From Planctomycetales bacterium (GTDB taxonomy: Bacteria > 4484-113 > JAFGCY01), in contig CP060262.1 in the NCBI GenBank assembly GCA_022646745.1, positions 3,150,001-3,182,000 on the forward strand: a stretch of DNA of 32,000 bases. Direction: 5' to 3'. Shown piece by piece: positions 22,562 through 31,718 of the stretch (position 1 is its first letter; every line of letters starts with the position of its first letter). The position numbers and the translations under genes were made by a program. Below the pieces are notes generated by a model. It searched no databases. It saw nothing but the letters and a program-made list of their open reading frames with translations, and was not told the origin of the DNA.

Positions 22562-25500
22562 TTATGCTCCACCGTAGACAGCTTCCACACTGGCCTGAGA
22601 GGTGTCAAGGTCCTGGCTGGTGCCATCTGCCCAGACTATTCGCAGGCTCTTCACGCTATCCCCATCAGGAATGCTGAATGACACGGGCTGCACCGCACTG
22701 CTGAGGTAACCCTGCCCCGCCTGGATCCACTCGGTGAGTTTTCCGCCATTGGCCAGTTCGAGCTCCACGCGCGAGCCAACTCCGGCCGGATTGGTGACCG
22801 GGCCTTTCACACTGACCAGCTGGAAACCATGTGCAAACACAGTGTTTGCAACTGCGGGCTTGCCGTTGGTTCCAGAAATCAGGATGCTGCCATGTCCGTC
22901 CCTGCGAGTAATCGGAAGTGCACCGCGGCCTTCACCATAGGAAAAGATTCCGGATTCATGCGGTTCAATCGTCCGGAACGATCCATCTGCATTGCGCAGG
23001 ACGACGGTACCGTAACCATTGATCCAGCGCGAAGTCTCAGGCTGGCAGGCATAGAAGTTGTCATTGAGGAACAGGTCCAGCTGGCCATCACCATCAAAGT
23101 CCTCTGCCACGATCCCGAACACCGGTGACAACTGTGCCATGTTGGGCAGGTGTTCACTGCGGAAGTGCAAGCCTCCGTCATTCCAGAAGATGCTTGTGTA
23201 CAGCTCTTCCGCTTCAAAGCGTTCCTTGACGTTCTCCAGCGGGCCGTAAATATCGGTGAAGTTGGCATGTGCGAACTCATCCCAGGTCGGGAACTTCTGC
23301 GGGATGGTGTTGATCGCGTAACCGGAGCAGCTGCGGCCACGGCCAGGCAGTGCTGTGCCATCACCGCCGAACTTGACTTCGACTATGTCACGGGTGCCGT
23401 TGTTGTCGAAGTCCTGCGCGGCGATAGTCATCGGTGCTTCTGTCGTTGCCTTGTACTTATTGTTCTTGCCCCAGTTTCCGCCAATGATGTCCGGATCGCC
23501 ATCATTGTCCATGTCAGCGATCGTGAAGCTGGCCCACATGCCACTTGGGGAGATTGCCACCGGCTCAGCGAACGCCTCACCGGTATTGCGCATCACGCTG
23601 ATGTTGCCGAAATCTTCGCAGGTGATGATATCCTGCATGCCGTCGCCGTCGATATCACAAAACTGGGCATCACTGAAGCGTCCGCTCATGCCGCGGCCAG
23701 CGGTCCATTGTGCGGTGGCATCAGAGAAGTTGCCACTGCCGTCATTGGCAAGGATCAGCGCAGGAGCACTTGAAAGGAAGCTGAACGGAACCTGGCGGGC
23801 ACAGATCAGCAGGTCAAGGTCATTGTCACCGTCGATGTCGGCTGCGGCGGCGGCACCACTGCTGAAGCTTGTGCCGGGCAGCTTGATTTCCTGCATGCCT
23901 GACTCCAGGTTGAGGAACAGGCGGTCCTGCAGCAGGTTCGGGTCGCTGGTCTCGTTGCCGCCACTTGTGATCAGCAGGTCGGTGCGTCCATCCCCATTGG
24001 CCTCAAAGGCGAGCACCGCCATCGCTTCGCTGCCGACGGGCATCAGGTCGTTGAAGGCCGGGCTGCTGACGAAGTTGCCATCGTCCCGTCCATTGAACAG
24101 GGCCCCGGGTGACTGTGTGCTGCCCGCGAAGTAGACATCGGTGTTGCCATCCAGGTTGAAGTCAGCCATCGCTGCACCACCGCCCAGGGTACTGCGCAGC
24201 AGCGGCAGCAGCGGTTCGAGCTGGTATTCCTTGTCGCCGGTATAAACCTCGCTGCGCAGGTAGTTAAGCGACTCACGCTCGAACATCGGCTGGCTGTTAT
24301 CCGCTTCAGGGGCGGTCGCATTGTGGCGGTTGATCACGTAGTGCATGCCCCCCGCCAGGTTCATTTCAGTCTGCACCTGACCGTCAGGCCAGATGATCTC
24401 GAGCTTGTCGACCTGCTTGGCCTCACCGATGCTCATGTAGGCCCGGCTGCTCTCTCCGCTGCCGTATCCGCGGCAGAGGATCACATGCTGGGTATATTCC
24501 TTGTCACCGCACCACGCATGCAGCTTAGCACCGACGGCCTGCGGGTTCTTGCCGTCCTGGCGCAGGTCGAAGCTGACGTTGCTGCCCTTGAGGGTCAGGT
24601 CGTTGCGCATCACGGCCGGGGCTTCGCCTGTGTTGTTGACAATGATGTCAAGGTCTCCGTCGTTGTCAAAGTCCTGGATCACGGCGCCGACGCCGATCGT
24701 CTCATCAGTGATGCCCCATTCATCCGAGGTGCGCTTGTACTTCAGTGGCTCCTCCGCGGTGAACATCACATCCACCTTCTCAAGCTTGGGGTGCTGCAGG
24801 ATCCAGTTGTCAATCTCATCCTGGCTGGCACCGCTGCGTGACATGCGGTCCATCTCGGACAGCATGTCCCAGTCAGCGCTGATGCTCTGGATGTAGCCGT
24901 TGGTGGCGAACAGCTCAGGAATGCCGTCATTGTTGAAGTCATTGATGCGGCAGGACCAGGTCCACTCGGTTGCCTTGGTGCCGGTGTACTCAGCGATCTC
25001 CGACATCCAGCCGCCACCGCGGTTGAGGTACATCGAGTTCTGCATCATCTGGTGCGGCTGGTAGTAGATCAGGTAGTCCCGGAACAGGTACATGTCTCCG
25101 GAAGCCTTCTTCGACTCAACATAGCCATTGGGGGCCATGTCACCAACCCACACATCCATCAGTCCGTCACCATTCAGGTCGCCGGCATCGGATCCCATGC
25201 TGTAGAAGCTGGTGCGGCGCAGCATGTCGCGGGAGTGATCTGTGAAGGTGCCGTCGCCATTGTTGATGTAGTACCTGTCCGGAGTCTCGAAGTCTCCGGA
25301 TACGAACAGGTCGGTGAATCCGTCCTCGTTGTAATCACAGGCCAGGGCCTGCAGGCTCTCCGTTACATCCCGCACACCGGCTGCTTCCGTGTTGTCCGTG
25401 AAGTGCCCGGTGCCGTCGTTGATCAGCAGGTAGTCATACTCCGGACGCATGTGCGGCTTGCCGATCTCGTCCAGGTAGTAGATCTTCTCGTACTCAGGAG

Positions 25501-26227
25501 TCAGCACGGGACGGCCATCAGGTCCGTCCATCACCTCAAAGCCTTCCCGCTGCTCAGCCGTCATGAAGTCCGGCGCGCGGAAGTCACGGTTGTTGCAGAT
25601 GTACATGTCGAGATCGCCATCGTTCTCAACGTCGAAGATGGCAGCACTGATGGTGCTCTTACCCAACACTGCATTGCGGGCCACACCTTCCTCGGTGAAC
25701 TTGCCGCTGCCATCATTCATGAAGAGCTTGTTGCCATTGGCTCGGACCGCGACCCACAGGTCCTGGTCACCGTCTCCGTCGACATCAAAGAAGATGGCTC
25801 CGGAACTGACAACGCCTTCCACGGAAATGCCATCACCGCTTTCAGCCGTCACGTCGGTGAACCTGAATCCACCATCATTGCGGTACAGCGCATTGCCGTT
25901 CTCGATACCCAGGATGTAGAAGTCGATGTCTCCATCGTTATCGTAGTCAGCACTGGCTATGCCAGCCTGGGTATAGATGTCCGACAGCAGTGCAGCACGT
26001 GAATCAGCCTTGTTCACGAAATCAATGCCGCTCTGGTCCGCGGTAAGGAAAGTGAACTTGCCGGTGCTCTGGGACTCAGGGGCCGAATACGCTGTTGCGG
26101 TAATGTGGCTACCCAGGTCAGTCGGGTTACCGGTAGCGGCAGGCTGGCCCTGCTTGCCGCTATCCGTGCAGGACTGGCAGGCCAGCACGGAAATCAGGAT
26201 GAACGAAAGTATGAGCGAATATCTCAT
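22562..26227 (-). CDS. Large FG-GAP/VCBS-repeat lipoprotein with two ASPIC/UnbV domains (tandem CRTAC1-like modules)
   Basis: I chose the start at MRYSLILSFILISVLAC (lipobox VLAC), nt 26227. There are many DxDGDGxxD FG-GAP/VCBS calcium-binding repeats. Two ASPIC/UnbV-like segments are present: GAKLHAWCGDKEYTQHVILCRGYGSGESSRAYMSIGEAKQVDKLEIIWPDGQ (mid-protein) and GSRVELELANGGKLTEWIQAGQGYLSSAVQPVSFSIPDGDSVKSLRIVWADGT (C-terminus). Confidence 0.85.
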   Translation of the reverse strand: MRYSLILSFILISVLACQSCTDSGKQGQPAATGNPTDLGSHITATAYSAPESQSTGKFTFLTADQSGIDFVNKADSRAALLSDIYTQAGIASADYDNDGDIDFYILGIENGNALYRNDGGFRFTDVTAESGDGISVEGVVSSGAIFFDVDGDGDQDLWVAVRANGNKLFMNDGSGKFTEEGVARNAVLGKSTISAAIFDVENDGDLDMYICNNRDFRAPDFMTAEQREGFEVMDGPDGRPVLTPEYEKIYYLDEIGKPHMRPEYDYLLINDGTGHFTDNTEAAGVRDVTESLQALACDYNEDGFTDLFVSGDFETPDRYYINNGDGTFTDHSRDMLRRTSFYSMGSDAGDLNGDGLMDVWVGDMAPNGYVESKKASGDMYLFRDYLIYYQPHQMMQNSMYLNRGGGWMSEIAEYTGTKATEWTWSCRINDFNNDGIPELFATNGYIQSISADWDMLSEMDRMSRSGASQDEIDNWILQHPKLEKVDVMFTAEEPLKYKRTSDEWGITDETIGVGAVIQDFDNDGDLDIIVNNTGEAPAVMRNDLTLKGSNVSFDLRQDGKNPQAVGAKLHAWCGDKEYTQHVILCRGYGSGESSRAYMSIGEAKQVDKLEIIWPDGQVQTEMNLAGGMHYVINRHNATAPEADNSQPMFERESLNYLRSEVYTGDKEYQLEPLLPLLRSTLGGGAAMADFNLDGNTDVYFAGSTQSPGALFNGRDDGNFVSSPAFNDLMPVGSEAMAVLAFEANGDGRTDLLITSGGNETSDPNLLQDRLFLNLESGMQEIKLPGTSFSSGAAAAADIDGDNDLDLLICARQVPFSFLSSAPALILANDGSGNFSDATAQWTAGRGMSGRFSDAQFCDIDGDGMQDIITCEDFGNISVMRNTGEAFAEPVAISPSGMWASFTIADMDNDGDPDIIGGNWGKNNKYKATTEAPMTIAAQDFDNNGTRDIVEVKFGGDGTALPGRGRSCSGYAINTIPQKFPTWDEFAHANFTDIYGPLENVKERFEAEELYTSIFWNDGGLHFRSEHLPNMAQLSPVFGIVAEDFDGDGQLDLFLNDNFYACQPETSRWINGYGTVVLRNADGSFRTIEPHESGIFSYGEGRGALPITRRDGHGSILISGTNGKPAVANTVFAHGFQLVSVKGPVTNPAGVGSRVELELANGGKLTEWIQAGQGYLSSAVQPVSFSIPDGDSVKSLRIVWADGTSQDLDTSQASVEAVYGGA

Positions 26228-26438
26228 TGTCTGCGTAACTCCATCAAGCTTCAGCCGGTCCGCTTGCAATGGAAGAAAAGGAGGGAATGGAAGCGGCCCG
26301 TTAACTTACATTCTACTGAAAAGTAGCGCTCTTGAACACAAACCGGCTGCTTTTTGAATAATCAATTTGCTACCGATTTTAAGATATCAATAGCACTAGT
26401 GAACATTTGCAGCTCATCTGGTAGCACCACGCAAATTA

Positions 26439-26447
26439 TGCTATACT
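26439..26447 (+). promoter_or_regulatory. Candidate extended -10 promoter (TGcTATACT) for tRNA-Gly
   Basis: TGCTATACT lies 47 nt upstream of the tRNA 5' end. The -35 region is weak (GGTAGC at 17-nt spacing). Confidence 0.35.
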
Positions 26448-26493
26448 TTGCCTCCCCCAAATCCGCGGGAGCAATCCCCGGCATACGGAGCAG

Positions 26494-26568
26494 GCAGGAG
26501 TAGTTCAGTGGTAGAACACCACCTTGCCAAGGTGGGGGTCGCGGGTTCGAATCCCGTCTCCTGCTCCA
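26494..26568 (+). tRNA. tRNA-Gly (anticodon GCC), CCA encoded
   Basis: Hand-folded cloverleaf. Acceptor stem GCAGGAG/CTCCTGC. D arm GTTC-AGTGGTA-GAAC. Anticodon arm CCACC-TTGCCAA-GGTGG. Variable loop GGGTC. T arm GCGGG-TTCGAAT-CCCGT. Discriminator T followed by CCA. Total 75 nt. Confidence 0.95.
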
Positions 26569-26658
26569 TTTCCCACATCCCGTGCGCGCTTGCGTGCAAC
26601 CAGCTTCTCCGATGGTAGAATCTTCGGCCTTAGATCTATCCAATTCCCGGTGGTTTCA

Positions 26659-27999
26659 ATGTCTGACGCTACGCTGATTTCCCGTGAGAACAACATCGCG
26701 CACATCCAGGTGCTCATCAGTGCCGAGGATGTCGGCCGTCACTACAGGTCCTTCTACAAGGACATGGCCAAGCGCTTCAACATTCCCGGCTTCCGCAAGG
26801 GCAAGGTACCCTCGAACGTGCTGCGCCAGAAGATCGGCAAGGAAACGGTGGATGAGAATGTGGGCAGCATGCTGAAGGACTTCGCTATCCAGGTCGGGCT
26901 GCGCAAGCTCAACCTGATCCCGCGCGCCGGAACCCCGCAGTGGCACAGTGAACCGGAAATCAATGAGGACATCGAACTCAACTACGAAGTAAGCCTGCCC
27001 GTCCTGCCGGAAGTGAAGCTGCCTGACTTCAGCAAGTTTGAGATCACCGTACCCAAGCTGAATGTAAATGACGCGATGAAGGACCGCTATCGTGAGCGCC
27101 TTGCTGAGCGCTTCACCGAATGGGAGGAAGCTGAAAAGGTGTCAGAGATCGGTGGCGGTATCCTGTTCCACTTCACCTCCACAAACGCGGAAACCGGAGA
27201 CGAGACCCCCTTCAAGCACAATGAGATGCGCTATGTAATCGGACGCGAAGGCAACCTGCCTGGCTGGGACACTGAACTTACAGGCCTGAAGGCAGGTGAG
27301 GAGAAGACCTTCGAATACGACATGCCGGAGAATTTCGCTGACCTGCGTGTGGCCGGCAAGAAGCTCAACATCAAGGTCAATGTCGACAAGGTGTTTGACC
27401 TGAACGAACCTGAATTCACCGAGGAGTTCGTGACTGAGAAACTGCGGATGGAATCGCTGGAGAAGTTCAACGAGTTCGTCACCGAGAGCCTCAACCAGGA
27501 GACGGAGATCCAGTTCGAGCAGAACAAGCAGGACCTCGTCATGCAGAAGGTGCTGGCCGAAATGGAGACCGACATCTCCGATGACATGATCAATGACGAG
27601 ATTGACGGCCTGATGCAGGAGAATGAGCAGACCCTGCGGCGATATGGGTCCAGCCTTGATGAATACCTCAAGGAGAAGGGCCAGGACCTGAAGGAGTTCC
27701 GCGAGTCCCTTGCCGACACCGCCGAGCGCAAGATAAAGCTGTTCCTGGCCGTGCGGGAAGTTGCCGCACAGAACAACATCCAGGTTACGAACCAGGACAT
27801 GCAGAACTTCGCCCTGCGACTGATGCGAGAGCAGGGACTCGAAGTGGAGCAGATCCAGCAGCTGCTGAACAACCGCGACTGGGTAAACCAGGCCCACTAC
27901 CAGATCACAAGCGAGAAGGCTGTCCGCTTCATGGCGGACCAGGTCGTGGTAGATGTGGATGAGAAGGAATACGACGAAGCTGAGGCTTCCGCCGAGTAA
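26659..27999 (+). CDS. tig: Trigger factor (ribosome-associated chaperone / PPIase)
   Basis: The ribosome-binding signature is IPGFRKGKVPSNVLRQKIG. A central FKBP-like region and a helical C-terminal domain follow. I chose the start at 26659 (MSDATL); the track start at 26524 would overlap the tRNA. Confidence 0.95.
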   Translation: MSDATLISRENNIAHIQVLISAEDVGRHYRSFYKDMAKRFNIPGFRKGKVPSNVLRQKIGKETVDENVGSMLKDFAIQVGLRKLNLIPRAGTPQWHSEPEINEDIELNYEVSLPVLPEVKLPDFSKFEITVPKLNVNDAMKDRYRERLAERFTEWEEAEKVSEIGGGILFHFTSTNAETGDETPFKHNEMRYVIGREGNLPGWDTELTGLKAGEEKTFEYDMPENFADLRVAGKKLNIKVNVDKVFDLNEPEFTEEFVTEKLRMESLEKFNEFVTESLNQETEIQFEQNKQDLVMQKVLAEMETDISDDMINDEIDGLMQENEQTLRRYGSSLDEYLKEKGQDLKEFRESLADTAERKIKLFLAVREVAAQNNIQVTNQDMQNFALRLMREQGLEVEQIQQLLNNRDWVNQAHYQITSEKAVRFMADQVVVDVDEKEYDEAEASAE

Positions 28000-28028
28000 C
28001 AGCACCGCCCATCTGCCGGAGGAAGGCA

Positions 28029-28844
28029 ATGAAGAAGCTGCTTTGCATAATGCTCCTGATGCTTGCAGTGAGCACTGCGCGCGCTGAAGACGAAGTGCTG
28101 GCCAGCCTGCCTGACTGGAAGTTCGAACAGGCCATGGCCCTTGCGGATGTCCCTGAACCAAGCGGACTCTGCTACTACCCAGCGCATGACAGCCTGTTCA
28201 TCGTTGATGACGGCGCGGCTGACCGTAAGCCCGCCGTCTATGAAATCTCCCTGAACGGCGAGGTTCTGCAGAAGCTTGAACTGGGCTATGACCTGGAAGG
28301 TGTCTGCTATTGCTCCGCGGACGGACTGATATACGTTGCCGACGAAAACGAGGAACGCATCTACAGCATCAGTCCGGATGAACTGTCGCTGGTGGAAACA
28401 TATCGAATCAGCCGCATGCTGGATGGGAAGGAAGTGCTCGAGGCAGGAGGCAATGGTTTCGAGGGGATTGAATACATACCTGCCGAAAATGGGGACTGGA
28501 GTGACTGCTTCATCCTGCTGAACCAGGATGATCCGCATTCCCTGCTGGCTGTCCGCCGTGCAGATATGGTGCCTGAGTCCAATGGCGAGACCGCTGGTCT
28601 TGCGCGTTGGGACATCGCAAGAATCAATGCTGGCTCGCTGCATTTTGATGATGCAAACAACCAGCTGTGGGTCGTGCACTCATGGATGAATGTGATGGAA
28701 ATCTGGGACATCGAAAGCATGGAAGTCCTTGCATGGGAAGTCGTCCCCGGAGCTGCTCAGGAAGCGGTGGCCATCGATGGCGAGGGACGCCTCTGGATCG
28801 GCAGCGACAGCGGAGGCATCGCGAGCTACACAGCGGTGGACTGA
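28029..28844 (+). CDS. Secreted SdiA-regulated / YjiK-like beta-propeller domain protein
   Basis: The signal peptide is MKKLLCIMLLMLAVSTARA. The motifs EPSGLCYYPAHDSLFIVDD, DLEGVCY..DGLIYVADE and GFEGIEY follow the pattern I associate with the SdiA-regulated domain family. GGAGGAAGG SD lies directly after tig. Confidence 0.65.
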   Translation: MKKLLCIMLLMLAVSTARAEDEVLASLPDWKFEQAMALADVPEPSGLCYYPAHDSLFIVDDGAADRKPAVYEISLNGEVLQKLELGYDLEGVCYCSADGLIYVADENEERIYSISPDELSLVETYRISRMLDGKEVLEAGGNGFEGIEYIPAENGDWSDCFILLNQDDPHSLLAVRRADMVPESNGETAGLARWDIARINAGSLHFDDANNQLWVVHSWMNVMEIWDIESMEVLAWEVVPGAAQEAVAIDGEGRLWIGSDSGGIASYTAVD

Positions 28845-28883
28845 GCTCCGCCCTGCCCGCTCCCCAACCGATATAATCGCTGC

Positions 28884-30158
28884 GTGATTGACCTCCTGAT
28901 CAAGCCGGCTGGCTGCCTGATAAGCATGGCTGGAGCCTCCGACAGTCCCAGACGTGCGGCCCAGATGGCTGATCTCGGCCTGCTACGCGATGCCGCAGTG
29001 GGCATCAATTCGGAAAGCGGCCTGATCGAATATGTCGGACCGGCGTCTGCTGTTTCGGCAAAGCAGCTCCACCCGGACTGTGAGGTTTTTGATGCACGCG
29101 GGCGGGTCGTGATGCCGGGCTTTGTTGACTGCCATACGCATCTGGTCTTCGGTGGCGACCGTGCTGATGAGTTCTACAAGCGGGCTGCCGGAGTATCCTA
29201 TGCTGAGATTGCGAGCCAGGGTGGTGGTATCCGCAAGACCATGGAAGCCACGCGTGCAGCCTCTTCAAAGGAACTGTTCGAGTCAGCCTGGCAACGCTAT
29301 CTGCGCCTGCTGGAGAACGGCACAACAGCCGTGGAGTGCAAGAGCGGCTATGGCCTGAACATTGACAGTGAAAGACTCAGCATGCAGGTCATTCGTGACC
29401 TGTCCCGCAAGGCTCCCGGAGTTTTCATGCGCACGTATATGGGAGCGCACCTGATTCCGCCGGACTTTGCAGAGCGCAGGATTGAGTACGTCGAGCAGGT
29501 GGCAGGTGAACTGGCATACTTCCACGGAAAGGACCTGTGTGACTTCTATGACATCTTCGTGGATCCACTGGCCTTCAGCCAGCAGGAAGCGCAGGTAATA
29601 GTAGACAGGGGACGCGAGCTGGGCATGAAGCTCAGGCTGCACGCCGATGAGTTCGGCGATGACGGCACTGCCGCCTGGGGGGTTGCCAACGGGGCTGTTT
29701 CAGCGGACCACCTGGGTGGAATCGGTGATGAGGGAATCAAGGCACTCGCTGGCAGCGAGACGATAGCCACATTACTGCCGGGAACGATGTTCTTCAGTGG
29801 ACACGGTGAGTACGCTCCAGCCCGCCGGATGATTGATTCAGGCTGCGCGGTTGCACTAGCCACTGACCTGAACCCCGGCAGCAGCCTGATGTACAGCCTG
29901 CCACTGGTAATGACACTTGCTGTGCTGGAAATGAAGATGACGGCGGCCGAATGCCTGAATGCGGTGACCATCAACGCCGCCCACGCACTGTGCCTGGCAG
30001 ATCGAATTGGCAGCATTGAAGTCGGCAAGCAGGCCGACATCCTGATCCTCGACTGTGAGACACCCGAGGAGATTGCCTATCAGGTGGGCACAAACCTCGT
30101 AAGCGATGTGATCGTGAATGGTGACCTGATAAAGCGTCACGGTGTGATGCTCTTCTGA
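28884..30158 (+). CDS. hutI: Imidazolonepropionase
   Basis: Motifs are PGFVDCHTHLVFGGDRADEF, KSGYGL, GAHLIPPD, RLHADE, SADHL and ATDLNPGSS. The GTG start is supported because the N-terminus IDLLIKPAGCLISM aligns with the conserved HutI N-terminus. Confidence 0.93.
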   Translation: MIDLLIKPAGCLISMAGASDSPRRAAQMADLGLLRDAAVGINSESGLIEYVGPASAVSAKQLHPDCEVFDARGRVVMPGFVDCHTHLVFGGDRADEFYKRAAGVSYAEIASQGGGIRKTMEATRAASSKELFESAWQRYLRLLENGTTAVECKSGYGLNIDSERLSMQVIRDLSRKAPGVFMRTYMGAHLIPPDFAERRIEYVEQVAGELAYFHGKDLCDFYDIFVDPLAFSQQEAQVIVDRGRELGMKLRLHADEFGDDGTAAWGVANGAVSADHLGGIGDEGIKALAGSETIATLLPGTMFFSGHGEYAPARRMIDSGCAVALATDLNPGSSLMYSLPLVMTLAVLEMKMTAAECLNAVTINAAHALCLADRIGSIEVGKQADILILDCETPEEIAYQVGTNLVSDVIVNGDLIKRHGVMLF

Positions 30159-30188
30159 CAACGGGGAAATCGAATACTGGAGATGGGA

Positions 30189-31718
30189 ATGACTGAAGTG
30201 GTGCTCCGCGGCAGGAGCCTGACAATCGAGGATGTGGTGTCTGTGGCGAGGCATGGTGCTTCGCTCAGCATCGGCATAGAAGTTGAGGATGCCATCAACC
30301 GCGCCCGAGAACTGGTGGAGAAGATGGTGCGTGACAACGTACCGGTCTATGGCGTGACAACCGGCATCGGCGAATTCGCCAGGGTGCGGATCGATCCCGA
30401 GGACTGCGAAGAACTGCAGCGCCGCATCATCCGCAGCCACTGTGCCAGCACTGGTGATGTCCAGCCAGCTGAGGTGGTCAAGGCGGCGATGCTGCTGCGG
30501 GCCCATACCCTGACGCGTGGACATAGCGGAGTGCGCCGGAAAGTGATTGACACCTACGTAGAGATGGTCAACCGAGGTGTCATTCCGGTGGTCTATGAAA
30601 AGGGCAGCGTCGGCTGCAGCGGAGACCTGTCCCCGCTCAGCATGCTGGCGCTGGCAATCATCGGTGAGGGTGAGGCCTTCTATGAGGGTGAGCGGATGCA
30701 CAGCGCAGAGGCCATGAAGCGTGCCGGGCTGGATGTGATCAACCCCAGTTACAAGGAAGGGCTGGGAATGATCAACGGCACCCAGATGATGGCCGGCGAG
30801 GCCTGCCTGCAGCTGGTGGACACGATCAAACTCTACAAGCATGCCCTGCTGGCCTTTGCGATGGCCCTCGATGCCCTCCGCGCGGTGCAGCTGCCTTATG
30901 ACCCTCGCGTGCATGCGATCCGTCCCTACCATGGCGCACAGGCCACGGCTCGTGCGTTGCGCCAGCTCTGGGATGGCAGCGGCATCATCGCCAACGGTAC
31001 CGGCAAGGTACAGGACGGGTACTCGATGCGCTGCACACCCCAAGTGATGGGTGCCAGCATCGACACCTTCCACCATGTACGCAGCCAGATCGAGACGGAG
31101 ATCAACTCAGTGATCGACAACCCGCTGTTCTTCCCGGATGACGACGTCTACCTAGCAGCAGGCAATTTCCACGGACAGCCGCTCGCGATGGCGATGGACT
31201 TCCTCGCGATTGCCACAGCCGAGGTTGCCAGCCTGTCCGAGCGGCATACAAACCGCCTGCTCAACCCTGCCCTGTCCAACGGCCTGCCAGACTTCCTCGT
31301 CGAGGGCAAAGGCCTAAACAGTGGCCTGATGGTGGCGCAGTACACCCAGGCTGCGCTGTGCAGCGAGAACCGGATCTACAGCCACCCGGCAGTTGTTGAC
31401 AACGTCAGTGTCAGTGCGGACCAGGAGGACCATGTGAACATGGGCCCGGTCGCAATCCGCAAGTACAAGGAAATGCTGAAGAACACGCAGACTGTGATTG
31501 CGATCGAGATGCTGTGTGCCGCCCAGGCGATGGACTTCCGCAGGCCGGATGTGCCGGGCAAGGGCACCGGGGCAGCATTTGACGAAATCCGCAGGCATAT
31601 CCCGTTCATGGCAGATGACAGGCCGCTGCAGGTTGACATCCTGAAGATGAATGAATTGCTGGATAGTGGTGAATTGCTGGCGGCGGCTGAAGCTGCAGCC
31701 GGCGAGATCATGCTGTGA
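30189..31718 (+). CDS. hutH: Histidine ammonia-lyase (MIO-dependent); the MIO triad reads Cys-Ser-Gly instead of Ala-Ser-Gly
   Basis: Motifs are YGVTTGIGEFA, LQRRIIRSHCASTG (Ser-His substrate-selectivity pair typical of HAL), GSVGCSGDLSPLS, NGTQMM and ADQEDHVNMG. I prefer the ATG at 30189 because GGAG lies 6 nt upstream; the ATG at 30183 is an alternative start. Confidence 0.92.
   Translation: MTEVVLRGRSLTIEDVVSVARHGASLSIGIEVEDAINRARELVEKMVRDNVPVYGVTTGIGEFARVRIDPEDCEELQRRIIRSHCASTGDVQPAEVVKAAMLLRAHTLTRGHSGVRRKVIDTYVEMVNRGVIPVVYEKGSVGCSGDLSPLSMLALAIIGEGEAFYEGERMHSAEAMKRAGLDVINPSYKEGLGMINGTQMMAGEACLQLVDTIKLYKHALLAFAMALDALRAVQLPYDPRVHAIRPYHGAQATARALRQLWDGSGIIANGTGKVQDGYSMRCTPQVMGASIDTFHHVRSQIETEINSVIDNPLFFPDDDVYLAAGNFHGQPLAMAMDFLAIATAEVASLSERHTNRLLNPALSNGLPDFLVEGKGLNSGLMVAQYTQAALCSENRIYSHPAVVDNVSVSADQEDHVNMGPVAIRKYKEMLKNTQTVIAIEMLCAAQAMDFRRPDVPGKGTGAAFDEIRRHIPFMADDRPLQVDILKMNELLDSGELLAAAEAAAGEIML

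Noticed and set aside
26524-26658. N-terminal extension of trigger factor (track start 26524)
   Set aside because: The extension would be translated through the tRNA gene. The conserved trigger-factor N-terminus begins at MSDATL (26659).
26362-26717. Minus-strand ORFs of 93 aa and 70 aa in the tRNA region
   Set aside because: They overlap the tRNA-Gly gene and the tig start, and they have no SD or recognisable motif. They are artefacts of the ORF caller.
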